Shown: positions 1 to 7,647 of the stretch, one piece after another | Numbering within the stretch: the stretch's first letter is position 1 | Layout: every line of letters begins with the position of its first letter | DNA from: Eubacteriales bacterium | GTDB taxonomy: Bacteria; Bacillota; Clostridia; Oscillospirales; CAG-272 | Reading direction: 5' to 3' | Length of the DNA stretch: 64,000 nucleotides | Assembly: GCA_045597145.1 (NCBI GenBank) | Contig: JAZODU010000069.1 | Coordinates: 8,599-72,598 of the forward strand | Program-made: the position numbers and the translations under genes | Notes under the pieces: generated by a model | Seen by the model: only the letters and a program-made list of their open reading frames with translations | Database searches by the model: none | What the model was told of the DNA's origin: nothing

Positions 1-35
1 GCGATGATAAGGCAATACAACACGGAGGTTCACAC

Positions 36-698
36 ATGAGCAGAGACAGCATCATCGCGCGCGTGGAGGCTGAAAAGCTGATCGCGATCGTGCGCGGCAT
101 TAAAAAAGAGCATCTGATCGACATGGCAGAGGCGATGTATGCGGGCGGCGTGCGGCTTCTCGAGATCACCTACAGCGCAAACGGCGCGGTTTCCGACGAG
201 GAGACCGCCGACGGCATCCGTATGCTCAAATCGCATTTGGGCGACCGCATGGGCATCGGCGCGGGCACGGTGCTGACCGAGCGTCAGGTCGAATTGACGG
301 CGGCGGCAGGCGGCGAGTTCATCATCTCCCCCGACGCAAACCCCGACGTGATCCGCAAAACAGTGTCGCTTGGCTTGGTTTCCATTCCCGGCGCGCTGAC
401 CCCCACCGAAGCGCAAGCGGCGCATCGTGCGGGCGCGGATTTCGTCAAGCTCTTCCCCGTCATCTCGTTGGGCGTGCCTTACGTCAAGGCGATCCGCGCA
501 CCTCTCTCGCACATCAAGTTCCTCGCGGTCGGCGGTGTGGATGAGCATAACATGAAGGACTACCTTGCGGCAGGCGTTTGCGGCTTTGGCATCGGCTCGA
601 ACATCGTCAACAAGGCAATGATCGAATCGGGCGATTATGCGGGCGTCACGGCACTTACCAAGGCGTTCACAGACGCCCTTGGAAAGGAGTCGGCATGA
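36..698 (+). CDS. eda: KDPG/KDPGal aldolase (Eda/DgoA family)
   Basis: 220-aa ORF with a class-I aldolase pattern (LIAIVRG, LLEITY, GAGTVL, FVKLFP). Its stop overlaps the next start in ATGA at 695-698. Confidence 0.85.
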   Translation: MSRDSIIARVEAEKLIAIVRGIKKEHLIDMAEAMYAGGVRLLEITYSANGAVSDEETADGIRMLKSHLGDRMGIGAGTVLTERQVELTAAAGGEFIISPDANPDVIRKTVSLGLVSIPGALTPTEAQAAHRAGADFVKLFPVISLGVPYVKAIRAPLSHIKFLAVGGVDEHNMKDYLAAGVCGFGIGSNIVNKAMIESGDYAGVTALTKAFTDALGKESA

Positions 699-1636
699 CG
701 CGCTACATCACGCTTGACGGCGGCACGACCAACACGCGCCTCTCGCTGGTAGCCGACGGCGAGCTCCTGCAAACCGTCAAGATCCCTCTCGGGGCACGCT
801 CCTGCATCGACGATGCCCCCACGCTTCGCCGCGCCATCAAGGACGCGATTGATACGCTTTTATCCGCACACGCCCTGCAGGAGCGCGACATCGAGCGCAT
901 TTTGGCTTCGGGCATGATCACCTGCGAGTTCGGGCTTTGCCATCTGCCGCACGTCACTGCTCCTGCGGGTCTGCGAGCGCTGCACGAGAGCATGCACGAG
1001 GTGGTAATCTCCGATATTTCCGCGATCCCCTTCGTATTTATCCGCGGCGTGAAATCGGTGGGAGGCTCGCTTTGCGACACCGACATGATGCGAGGTGAGG
1101 AGGCGGAGCTGATGGGCTTGCCTCTCTACAGCGGAGAAAAAACGCTCTACGTCCTGCCGGGTTCGCACTCCAAGCTGATCGAGGTAGACGCCGACGGGCG
1201 CATTTCCCACTTTTCCACCATGCTCACGGGCGAGATGATCGCCGCGCTCTCGCAGAACACGATCCTGTGCGACGCGGTGGATCTTTCGATCCCCACCTAT
1301 GACGAGGCATATCTGCTTGAGGGCAGTCGCTACACGATGAACCGTGGGCTGAACGAGGCACTTTTCAAGGTGCGGATCCTCAAGAATCTGTTTGACACCA
1401 CCCCCGAAAAGGTCTACAGCTTCTTTCTCGGGGCGGTTCTCTGCACCGAGATCGAGCGCATCTGTGCGTCGGACGCGACGCGCGTGGTCATCGGCGGCAA
1501 ATCGCAGATCAAGCGCGCCACCGCCGCCCTGTTGCAGAGCTACAGCGATTCCAAGCAGATCGTCACGGTTTCCGACGCCGACGTGGACGCATCAAGCGCG
1601 CGCGGCGTGATCCGGGTGTATGAACTTGCGGTATAA
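695..1636 (+). CDS. dgoK: 2-dehydro-3-deoxygalactonokinase
   Basis: Start set at MTRYITLDGGTTNTRL (ATG 695, coupled to the eda stop). DgoK-like blocks are MRGEEAEL, LPGSHSK and TMLTGEM. The track start at 578 is an extension inside eda. Confidence 0.75.
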   Translation: MTRYITLDGGTTNTRLSLVADGELLQTVKIPLGARSCIDDAPTLRRAIKDAIDTLLSAHALQERDIERILASGMITCEFGLCHLPHVTAPAGLRALHESMHEVVISDISAIPFVFIRGVKSVGGSLCDTDMMRGEEAELMGLPLYSGEKTLYVLPGSHSKLIEVDADGRISHFSTMLTGEMIAALSQNTILCDAVDLSIPTYDEAYLLEGSRYTMNRGLNEALFKVRILKNLFDTTPEKVYSFFLGAVLCTEIERICASDATRVVIGGKSQIKRATAALLQSYSDSKQIVTVSDADVDASSARGVIRVYELAV

Positions 1637-1681
1637 AAAGATCCGAAAAAGGAGTGGTATTTGCCGCTCCTTTTTTGTTGC

Positions 1682-2161
1682 TTATTCGCTTTTCAGCTTT
1701 TGCTCCATGACGACCTTGAGGGGCATCATGCCGCATTTTTCATAGAATTTCATGGCTCCCGCATTCAGGCACCAGACGTTCAGCGTCACAGCGTCACAGC
1801 CGTTTTTTTGCGCCACGTCCAGTACGTAGCGGTAAAGACTTTGACCAATGTGCTGTCCGCGCAGGGATTCGTCCACGCACAGGTCGTCGATATACATCGT
1901 TTTGCGATCCATCAGCGCGATCTCGCCCTTGACCTCTTGGTACACGCAAAAGGCGTAGCCCATCACAAGGTCGGCGTCGTCCACCGCCACAAACACGGGC
2001 GTGCGCTCGTCGGCAAGGATCGCGCGCAGCTCCGCGTCGGTATACTTTTTGTTCCCCGTGCGAAAAATATCGGGTCTGCCTGTTGCGTGCACGAGATGCA
2101 CCTGATACAACAGATCATTTAGGCGCGGAATGTCCCGCTCCGTCGCTCTTCGAATGTTCAT
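1682..2161 (-). CDS. GNAT family N-acetyltransferase
   Basis: 159-aa ORF. The LRGQHIGQSLYRYV and NAGAMKFYEKCGM blocks are typical of the GNAT acetyl-CoA binding fold. Confidence 0.8.
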   Translation of the reverse strand: MNIRRATERDIPRLNDLLYQVHLVHATGRPDIFRTGNKKYTDAELRAILADERTPVFVAVDDADLVMGYAFCVYQEVKGEIALMDRKTMYIDDLCVDESLRGQHIGQSLYRYVLDVAQKNGCDAVTLNVWCLNAGAMKFYEKCGMMPLKVVMEQKLKSE

Positions 2162-2193
2162 AGTCCTTTCCTTTCTGCTTTATGGCCGGCTGA

Positions 2194-2487
2194 TCACCCA
2201 TGGCGCGGGGCCGTGCCGTTTATCACGTCGTTTTCGTCAAACACGGTCAAAAGGATCTCCTTCGCGCCCGTTCGCTCGTGGTCGTAGATCAAGTAAATTT
2301 TATCCCCGAAAAAGTCGGCGTCGGAATAGGAAACGCTGTTGCGCGTATCCACACAGCACTTATGTGCCCATGTAGCACCGTCGTTGTCAGCGAGATACAC
2401 CGTCATGCTTTTCCGCGCCTTGGGTTCGTCGTTGTTAATGATACCACTCCCCGCCAATATAAGCCATAAACGTGTCGCGTGCTTCAA
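2194..2487 (-). pseudogene. C-terminal fragment of a BNR/sialidase-like glycoside hydrolase
   Basis: The 97-aa ORF (SMTVYLADNDGATW...IYLIYDHE...LLTVFDENDV) resembles only the last blade of sialidase-type propellers. A 25-codon ORF with an AAGGAGA RBS (ATG at 2512) lies upstream in another frame. Confidence 0.35.
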
Positions 2488-2535
2488 AGCCGCCGTTCGG
2501 TTTCAGTAGCATATCGGTTCTCCTTGTAAGTACAT

Positions 2536-3732
2536 TCAATCCCCGTACAAGCAACGGATCAGGCGAAATGCCTGCTCGGCGGTGTTTTTTAAGTTGCGAT
2601 AGGCGTTTTTTGCATCCATGGCATCCTCAAGCGTGCACACGGTGCGCAAAACCGGGAAAAAGGCATCGATGCCGTGCGCGTTGCAAGCCCCCGCGTCCTC
2701 GGCGACACAGCCTGCAAACGCGATCACGGGCTTGCCATAGTGCTTGGCAAGCGAGGCAACGCCGATAGGTGCTTTTCCCATGCAGGTCTGCCCGTCAAGG
2801 CGTCCCTCACCCGTTACCACGACGTCTGCGTCCTTGATAATCTCCTCAAGATGCGTGACGCGCATCACAAGAGAGATGCCCGACTCAAGACGCGCGTTCA
2901 GATAGGTCAGAAAGGCAAAGCCCATGCCGCCGGCCGCACCCGCGCCGGGGGATTCCGCGAACGCTCGCCCCGTGGTGTCCGCGCTGAGCTTGGCGTAACG
3001 ATCAAGACACGCGTCCATGTCCGCGATCATCTCGGGAGTGGCACCCTTTTGCGACCCGAACACCGCGCTGCAGCCGCGCTCACCGCATAAAGGATTGGTC
3101 ACGTCGCACGCGACGAAAAATTCACATTCCGCAAGGGCTTCAATCGCACCGCCGCAATCGATCTGCGAGAGGTGCGCAAGCCCGCGGGCACCATGCGGGA
3201 TCTCGTTTCCCGCGGCATCCCGAAAAGAAAATCCCAGTGCCTGCAGCATGCCGACGCCGCCGTCGTTGGTGGCACTGCCGCCAATACCGACGATGAACGT
3301 CCGACAGTTGTTTTTCTCTATGGCGTGCGCGATCAATTCGCCCACGCCATAGGTCGTGGTGACGCGCGGGTCGCGCCGTGCGGCAGGAATGAGCGTGATC
3401 CCTGCCGCCGCAGACATTTCAATAATCGCCGTGCGCGTATCGGGAAGCACGCCGTACACGGCTTCCACACGCTCCCCCAAGGGGCCCGACACCCACGCGC
3501 GGCAAAGCTGACCGCCCATAGCAGCTGCCAATGCCTCGACGGTACCCTCGCCGCCGTCTGCCAAGGGGCAGACGACCGTTTCTGCGTCGGGGACGGCTGC
3601 CCCGATCCCCTCGGCAACCGCGCGCCCCGCCTCCAAGGAGGACACGCTGCCCTTAAACGAATCTATCGCGATCGCTACCTTCATAGATTGTTCTTTTTTC
3701 TTCTCGAGCAAATCAAAAAATTCCACAAACAT
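2536..3732 (-). CDS. glxK: glycerate kinase
   Basis: Glycerate kinase family pattern throughout (MKVAIAIDSFKGS, GGSATNDGG, VVTGEGRLDGQT). Start set at ATG 3732, preceded by AAGGAGA. Alternative starts are 3684 (MKVAIAID) and 3765. Confidence 0.85.
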   Translation of the reverse strand: MFVEFFDLLEKKKEQSMKVAIAIDSFKGSVSSLEAGRAVAEGIGAAVPDAETVVCPLADGGEGTVEALAAAMGGQLCRAWVSGPLGERVEAVYGVLPDTRTAIIEMSAAAGITLIPAARRDPRVTTTYGVGELIAHAIEKNNCRTFIVGIGGSATNDGGVGMLQALGFSFRDAAGNEIPHGARGLAHLSQIDCGGAIEALAECEFFVACDVTNPLCGERGCSAVFGSQKGATPEMIADMDACLDRYAKLSADTTGRAFAESPGAGAAGGMGFAFLTYLNARLESGISLVMRVTHLEEIIKDADVVVTGEGRLDGQTCMGKAPIGVASLAKHYGKPVIAFAGCVAEDAGACNAHGIDAFFPVLRTVCTLEDAMDAKNAYRNLKNTAEQAFRLIRCLYGD

Positions 3733-3766
3733 AATTCTCCTTTGTTTTTTTGATACGTTCATCATT

Positions 3767-3816
3767 ACTGCTGTAAAATGAAATTTTGAGTTTCGCTCAA
3801 AAGTAACATTTGTCCT
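3767..3816. repeat. island repeat unit, copy A
   Basis: ACTGCTGTAAAATGAAATTTTGAGTTTCGCTCAAAAGTAACATTTGTCCT, with internal hairpin TTTTGAG-TTTCG-CTCAAAA. Confidence 0.8.
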
Positions 3817-4166
3817 TAACTGTTCCCCTTTGCGGTGGTGATGGAGGCGATGAGTCTACGTCTGATCGAACCGCATTTGTTTCGCAAATCTTTATACGTG
3901 ACCTCGTCCATTTTCCCTTTTCTGAATATCAATTCGAGCCAATATTCCGTTTCAGAACACTCTTTCAAAGAGATTTCCAATTTATTTATAAAATCCGCTT
4001 TGCTTTGGGCGTATTTTGCTTCGTGAATGTTTGCTCCGATTGACGACGAGGAGCGAACAATCTGGTTGACATAAACCGAACAGCCCTTTATTTCATCACA
4101 AAGATCAGAAATTTGAATTGCAAATTCGATTGCATCTTCACGGAGTTGGTTCTCGTTATCGTTCAT
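3816..4166 (-). CDS. four-helix bundle protein (23S rRNA intervening-sequence protein family)
   Basis: 116 aa from MNDNENQL (ATG 4166, RBS AAAGGAG). Family pattern IVRSSSSIGANIHEAKYAQSKADFINKLEISLKECSETEYWLEL. The longer track ORF reaching 4418 is rejected. Confidence 0.75.
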   Translation of the reverse strand: MNDNENQLREDAIEFAIQISDLCDEIKGCSVYVNQIVRSSSSIGANIHEAKYAQSKADFINKLEISLKECSETEYWLELIFRKGKMDEVTYKDLRNKCGSIRRRLIASITTAKGNS

Positions 4167-4189
4167 TTGATAAAACTCCTTTCTTTTTG

Positions 4190-4415
4190 TCGATATGTTC
4201 GCCATTGGCGAACTCGATATATGGTCGCTTTGCGACCATTCGATATATTTCTCGCTTCGCTCGAAATTCGATATGTTGCCTGCGGCAACGAGGGTCGATT
4301 GCACCGCACTAAAGTAACGTCTCTCGCTTTGCCCACAGGGCAAAGCATATCGAGCGCGAAGTGTCATATCGAACGCAAATCGTATATCGAACGACGCGTC
4401 AGCGGCGCATATCGA
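4190..4415. repeat. dyad array of eight YATATCGAR motifs with interspersed short hairpins
   Basis: TCGATAT occurs at 4190, 4214, 4240 and 4268. ATATCGA occurs at 4347, 4366, 4384 and 4409. Hairpins lie at 4198-4212, 4222-4238, 4276-4288 and 4327-4345. Confidence 0.7.
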
Positions 4416-4433
4416 CATCGAATCCGCGGGTCA

Positions 4434-4555
4434 AAGACACGACGGATTCGACGTGGGGTCAAGAGTACAAAAGGTATATTTTTGTGTCAAAAACGGGGGT
4501 TGTAAGTCCAAAAAGTCTCAAAAGCATAGGGGGAAAGTAACATTTGTCCCTAATT
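4434..4555. repeat. degenerate rlmCD 3'-end copy plus a ~100-bp arm (junction repeat R1)
   Basis: Minus strand 4455->4435 reads HVESVVS. The arm 4456-4555 aligns with 4771-4872. Confidence 0.65.
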
Positions 4556-4630
4556 TTTAAGTGATGCTTGTGAACATAAACTGCTGTAAAACGAACTTTT
4601 GAGTTTTGATCGAAAGTCACTTTTGTCCCT
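4535..4630. repeat. island repeat unit, copy B (permuted full unit)
   Basis: AAAGTAACATTTGTCCCTAATTTTTAAGTGATGCTTGTGAACATA is followed by AACTGCTGTAAAACGAACTTTTGAGTTTTGATCGAAAGTCACTTTTGTCCCT. Confidence 0.8.
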
Positions 4631-4734
4631 GTGCAAAATCAGGGCATTTTATGATTTTGAACACAGATTTTTGAAATTTTACCTCAAAACCACTCAAAAA
4701 GGCTTGATTTTGTCTATTTTAAGGCGATTTTGAC

Positions 4735-4770
4735 TTATTTTCTCGTCAGACAAACGACACTTTCGACGTG
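4735..4770 (-). pseudogene. orphan duplicate of the last 11 codons and stop of rlmCD
   Basis: Minus strand reads HVESVVCLTRK*, against HVESVVCLSRK* at the real gene end. 4747-4770 is identical to 11356-11379 (24/24 nt). Confidence 0.85.
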
Positions 4771-4872
4771 GGTCAAGAGAGCAAAAGGTCTCAAAATCGG
4801 TCAAAAACGGGGATTGTAAAACCAAAAAGTCCTCAAACCATAGGTGGAAAGTAACATTTGTCCCTGATTTTT
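4771..4872. repeat. ~100-bp arm homologous to 4456-4555 (junction repeat R2), ending in a partial repeat unit
   Basis: Shared blocks are GGTCAAGAG, CAAAAGGT, TCAAAAACGGGG, CCAAAAAGT and GAAAGTAACATTTGTCCCT. Confidence 0.7.
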
Positions 4873-4903
4873 CAAAAAAATCTAAAAAGTTACCTTTAAC
4901 CCC

Positions 4904-4932
4904 TGGACATTTATAAAATTTTATGTTATAAT
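4904..4932 (+). promoter_or_regulatory. sigma-A-type promoter of the m5C MTase gene
   Basis: TGGACA, 17-nt spacer, TGtTATAAT (extended -10 at 4924-4932). This favours the ATG at 4963 over 4933. Confidence 0.55.
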
Positions 4933-4962
4933 ATGAGCATAAAAAATGCAGGGGGAAATGTT

Positions 4963-6279
4963 ATGCCTTATGCAATAGATTTATTTTGCGGAGCGGGTGG
5001 ATGTTCCGAAGGATTAATCCAAGCAGGTTTTCACATATTATTCAGCTCCGATATAAGCGATATGGTGGAAAAAACCTATCGCCATAGACACGAACAACTC
5101 GGTCTCATTCAAGGAAAAAATACTTGGTTTCAACGTGAAGATATTCGCAATCTAAAAGGCAAAGATATAGAAAGATATATTTCGCAGTTGGAGATATTCC
5201 AAGGCGAACCGATTCCTGAAATTGATTTGTTGATCGGTGGTCCCAGTTGTCAGGGCTTTTCTCGTGCAGGCCGTCGGGATAAATCCGATCCACGAAATAT
5301 GCTTTTCGGGGAATATGTAAGAGTGGTGAGCGAAATAAAGCCCAAATACATTGTTCTTGAAAATGTCGAAGGATTCGTAGATATGCGATTTGTCGGGTAC
5401 AAAGGTATCACGGGAATCCAGTATCCCGATGGTAGTGTCACACCTAAAATTTTAAGAAGTGAATTAAGTGAAATTGGCTATGAAACACTTGAACCTAAAA
5501 TACTGAATGCTGCGGACTATGGTGTACCCCAAAGAAGAAATCGCGTCATTTTTATTGGCTTTAGAAAAGGATTGACACCGCCTAAATATCCAGAACCTAT
5601 TATTAATTCTGCCGATTATTTAACATTGACAGAAGCCATAGGTGATTTGATTGTCAGCGACGAAATACGAGCGAGAGTAAACAAGCAAGCCTCTCAGTAT
5701 CAACTTGATAGCCAAAGAGGTCGAACTCCGAGTGCTAACGGTATGCCTATAAAGTCAACTACTCCTAAAAATACAGAGTTATCCAAACAAACCCCTATCG
5801 TCATTGAAAGATTTTCTTTGTTTGAAGAGGGTGAAACAGGAACTATGTTGAAGCGAAGAATTTTGGAAAAAGGGATTGATTTAACAGGCAAAAATGCTTT
5901 AATCACACTCTGTGCTAAAAGTTTTGCGATGTCTAACGAAGCTGTTATTACGCTCTTCAGAGAGGCTCGTGCTACGATCACTCAAATAGAAGTTTTGCTC
6001 ACAAAAAAGAACATTCGCCAAAGATGGGCTTCAAATCAGCCTTCTGCAACGATAGTCACAATAGCCGACGATTATATCAGCCCGTGGGAAGATAGGACTT
6101 TCAGTGTGCGCGAAATGGCTCGTTGTCAATCTTTTGATGATTCGTTTGAATTTTTGGGAAAACGAACAACAGGCGGTTTGCAACGCCGAGTAGAAGTTCC
6201 GCAATACACTCAAGTTGGAAATGCGGTGCCACCGTTGCTTGCAAAAGCAGTTGCATTGGAAATTAAAAAAGTTTTATAA
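4963..6279 (+). CDS. DNA (cytosine-5)-methyltransferase (R-M module 1)
   Basis: Motif I DLFCGAGG. Motif IV GGPSCQGFS. Motif VI ENVEG. Motif VIII QRRNRVIFIG. Motif X TQVGNAVPPLLA. RBS GGGGGA lies before ATG 4963. Confidence 0.9.
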   Translation: MPYAIDLFCGAGGCSEGLIQAGFHILFSSDISDMVEKTYRHRHEQLGLIQGKNTWFQREDIRNLKGKDIERYISQLEIFQGEPIPEIDLLIGGPSCQGFSRAGRRDKSDPRNMLFGEYVRVVSEIKPKYIVLENVEGFVDMRFVGYKGITGIQYPDGSVTPKILRSELSEIGYETLEPKILNAADYGVPQRRNRVIFIGFRKGLTPPKYPEPIINSADYLTLTEAIGDLIVSDEIRARVNKQASQYQLDSQRGRTPSANGMPIKSTTPKNTELSKQTPIVIERFSLFEEGETGTMLKRRILEKGIDLTGKNALITLCAKSFAMSNEAVITLFREARATITQIEVLLTKKNIRQRWASNQPSATIVTIADDYISPWEDRTFSVREMARCQSFDDSFEFLGKRTTGGLQRRVEVPQYTQVGNAVPPLLAKAVALEIKKVL

Positions 6280-6313
6280 CTCTTGACGGGGTACTTATAT
6301 AGTACCCCTTTTT

Positions 6314-7522
6314 CTATGATTTCGTCAAGTCATATTCAATAGGAGTTCCTAAAAGCAACGGCAAATCTTGCGGTTTCATTTTAAAAAGCATACCGTGGTC
6401 TCGCCATTTACCTTCGGGGGTGTAGTGTGCAGCAATGTCGACTGTAATCTTATCCGTTTCCAACAGAGGTGCTATTAAAGAAGTGTTCGGATGTTTGGTG
6501 TGTAGTACTTTATCATATCGAAAATATTCAATGCTATTATGAATTTCCGAGACTGCTTTTACCCAAAATGTTTCGTGGTGTTTAACAAGCAAAGTTTGTG
6601 CAAGACCACTGATATACCAAGCGGAAACATACCGTCTTATTTCTTCTTGTTGATACATTATTTTTAGTTTGTCATCGTTCGCCGTAACCTCTAAAACAAG
6701 GTCATATGCGTTTATATGAGTCACCTTTAATGTATCGTATAACTGTAGTCGTGCGACCGTTGTTCCTTTTGGGATTTGTATTTTTCCGTATGCATCCACG
6801 ATTTGTCTATAGGTCATTCCATCATCGGGAACTTTGGTAAACAATGTAGACTTGGTTGAATGCCTAATTACACCGTCACGCGACAAGCGAGAGGTCTTTA
6901 ACTCTATGCCCTTGTAATCAGGCGTTTTTGCATTATTCCTTGAAATACCTAATGCGTGTTCAAGCGTATCTCCTACACCGGGATCTCCGCGAGTAATCGA
7001 AGGAATAAAACCGCGATTATGTATATTCTGTATCTTGTTGAGCAATTCGCGAGCAACCACATTGTCTTGATGGACCGACTCCAGTAGAATATCATATACG
7101 AATGCTTTTTTGAATAAAGATTCTACAATTTTGGCATCAGAAAGGTTTATTACATATATTTTTTTGTTGGCTATAATGAGTGCTAAAAGGTTACAAGGAG
7201 AACAATAGTGGGTAAGTTTACTAAACCAAATTCTCGGGTCGCCCTTTTTTGTTAAAGGACGATAAAGGGAGGCAACGGTTTCTTGTACTTTATCGGGATA
7301 TACAAAATAACTTTGAACTAAAGTCTTGGCGTTAGGACCTTGATTTTGTGCCTCGTAATCGTGTATATCTTTATTCTTTAAAAGTTCGCGCACAGGAGCT
7401 GTTGCATCCATTATAGATTTACCATAACCAGTAGGCGTAGGTACGAGAAAAGCAACTGAAACACCCGTATCTGCAAAAATGGGAAGGAATTGTTCTATAT
7501 CGGTATCGGACATTAGTAACAT
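6314..7522 (-). CDS. type II restriction endonuclease, MvaI/BcnI (MutH/Sau3AI-like) catalytic domain with a ~165-aa N-terminal extension
   Basis: GDPGVGDTLEHALGISRNNAKTPDYKGIELKT matches the (G)xGxxxExxLG...PDxxxIE-x-K core. The C-terminal VDIAAHY...WRDHGMLFKM resembles the MvaI VDIRIGAY...HDHGTAFRI block, as I recall it. The gene is convergent with the MTase. Confidence 0.65.
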   Translation of the reverse strand: MLLMSDTDIEQFLPIFADTGVSVAFLVPTPTGYGKSIMDATAPVRELLKNKDIHDYEAQNQGPNAKTLVQSYFVYPDKVQETVASLYRPLTKKGDPRIWFSKLTHYCSPCNLLALIIANKKIYVINLSDAKIVESLFKKAFVYDILLESVHQDNVVARELLNKIQNIHNRGFIPSITRGDPGVGDTLEHALGISRNNAKTPDYKGIELKTSRLSRDGVIRHSTKSTLFTKVPDDGMTYRQIVDAYGKIQIPKGTTVARLQLYDTLKVTHINAYDLVLEVTANDDKLKIMYQQEEIRRYVSAWYISGLAQTLLVKHHETFWVKAVSEIHNSIEYFRYDKVLHTKHPNTSLIAPLLETDKITVDIAAHYTPEGKWRDHGMLFKMKPQDLPLLLGTPIEYDLTKS

Positions 7523-7561
7523 AGTTTAAAACTCCTTTGTTTTTCTCGATATGTTACCCCT

Positions 7562-7640
7562 AACTGCTGCAAAATGTACTTTCGAGTTTCGCTCAAAAGC
7601 AACATTTTTCCCTAATTTTTAAGTGGTGCTTGTGAACATA
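7562..7640. repeat. island repeat unit, copy C (full)
   Basis: AACTGCTGCAAAATGTACTTTCGAGTTTCGCTCAAAAGCAACATTTTTCCCTAATTTTTAAGTGGTGCTTGTGAACATA. Confidence 0.8.
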
Positions 7641-7647
7641 TCAGAGA

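Noticed and set aside
578-694. N-terminal 39-codon extension of dgoK in the track
   Set aside because: It lies wholly inside eda in another frame. The ATGA-coupled start at 695 gives the canonical MTRYITLDGGTTN N-terminus.
4190-4415. Possible CRISPR array or type III toxin-antitoxin-like tandem RNA repeats
   Set aside because: The conserved element is only 7-9 nt. The spacers are self-complementary hairpins rather than unique spacers. The two halves are inverted. There is no cas or toxN-like gene. I keep it as an iteron or foldback candidate instead.
3816-4418. 200-aa form of the four-helix-bundle ORF
   Set aside because: The first 84 codons are simply the translation of the YATATCGAR and hairpin array. 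A strong AAAGGAG RBS precedes the internal ATG at 4166, and the family domain starts there.
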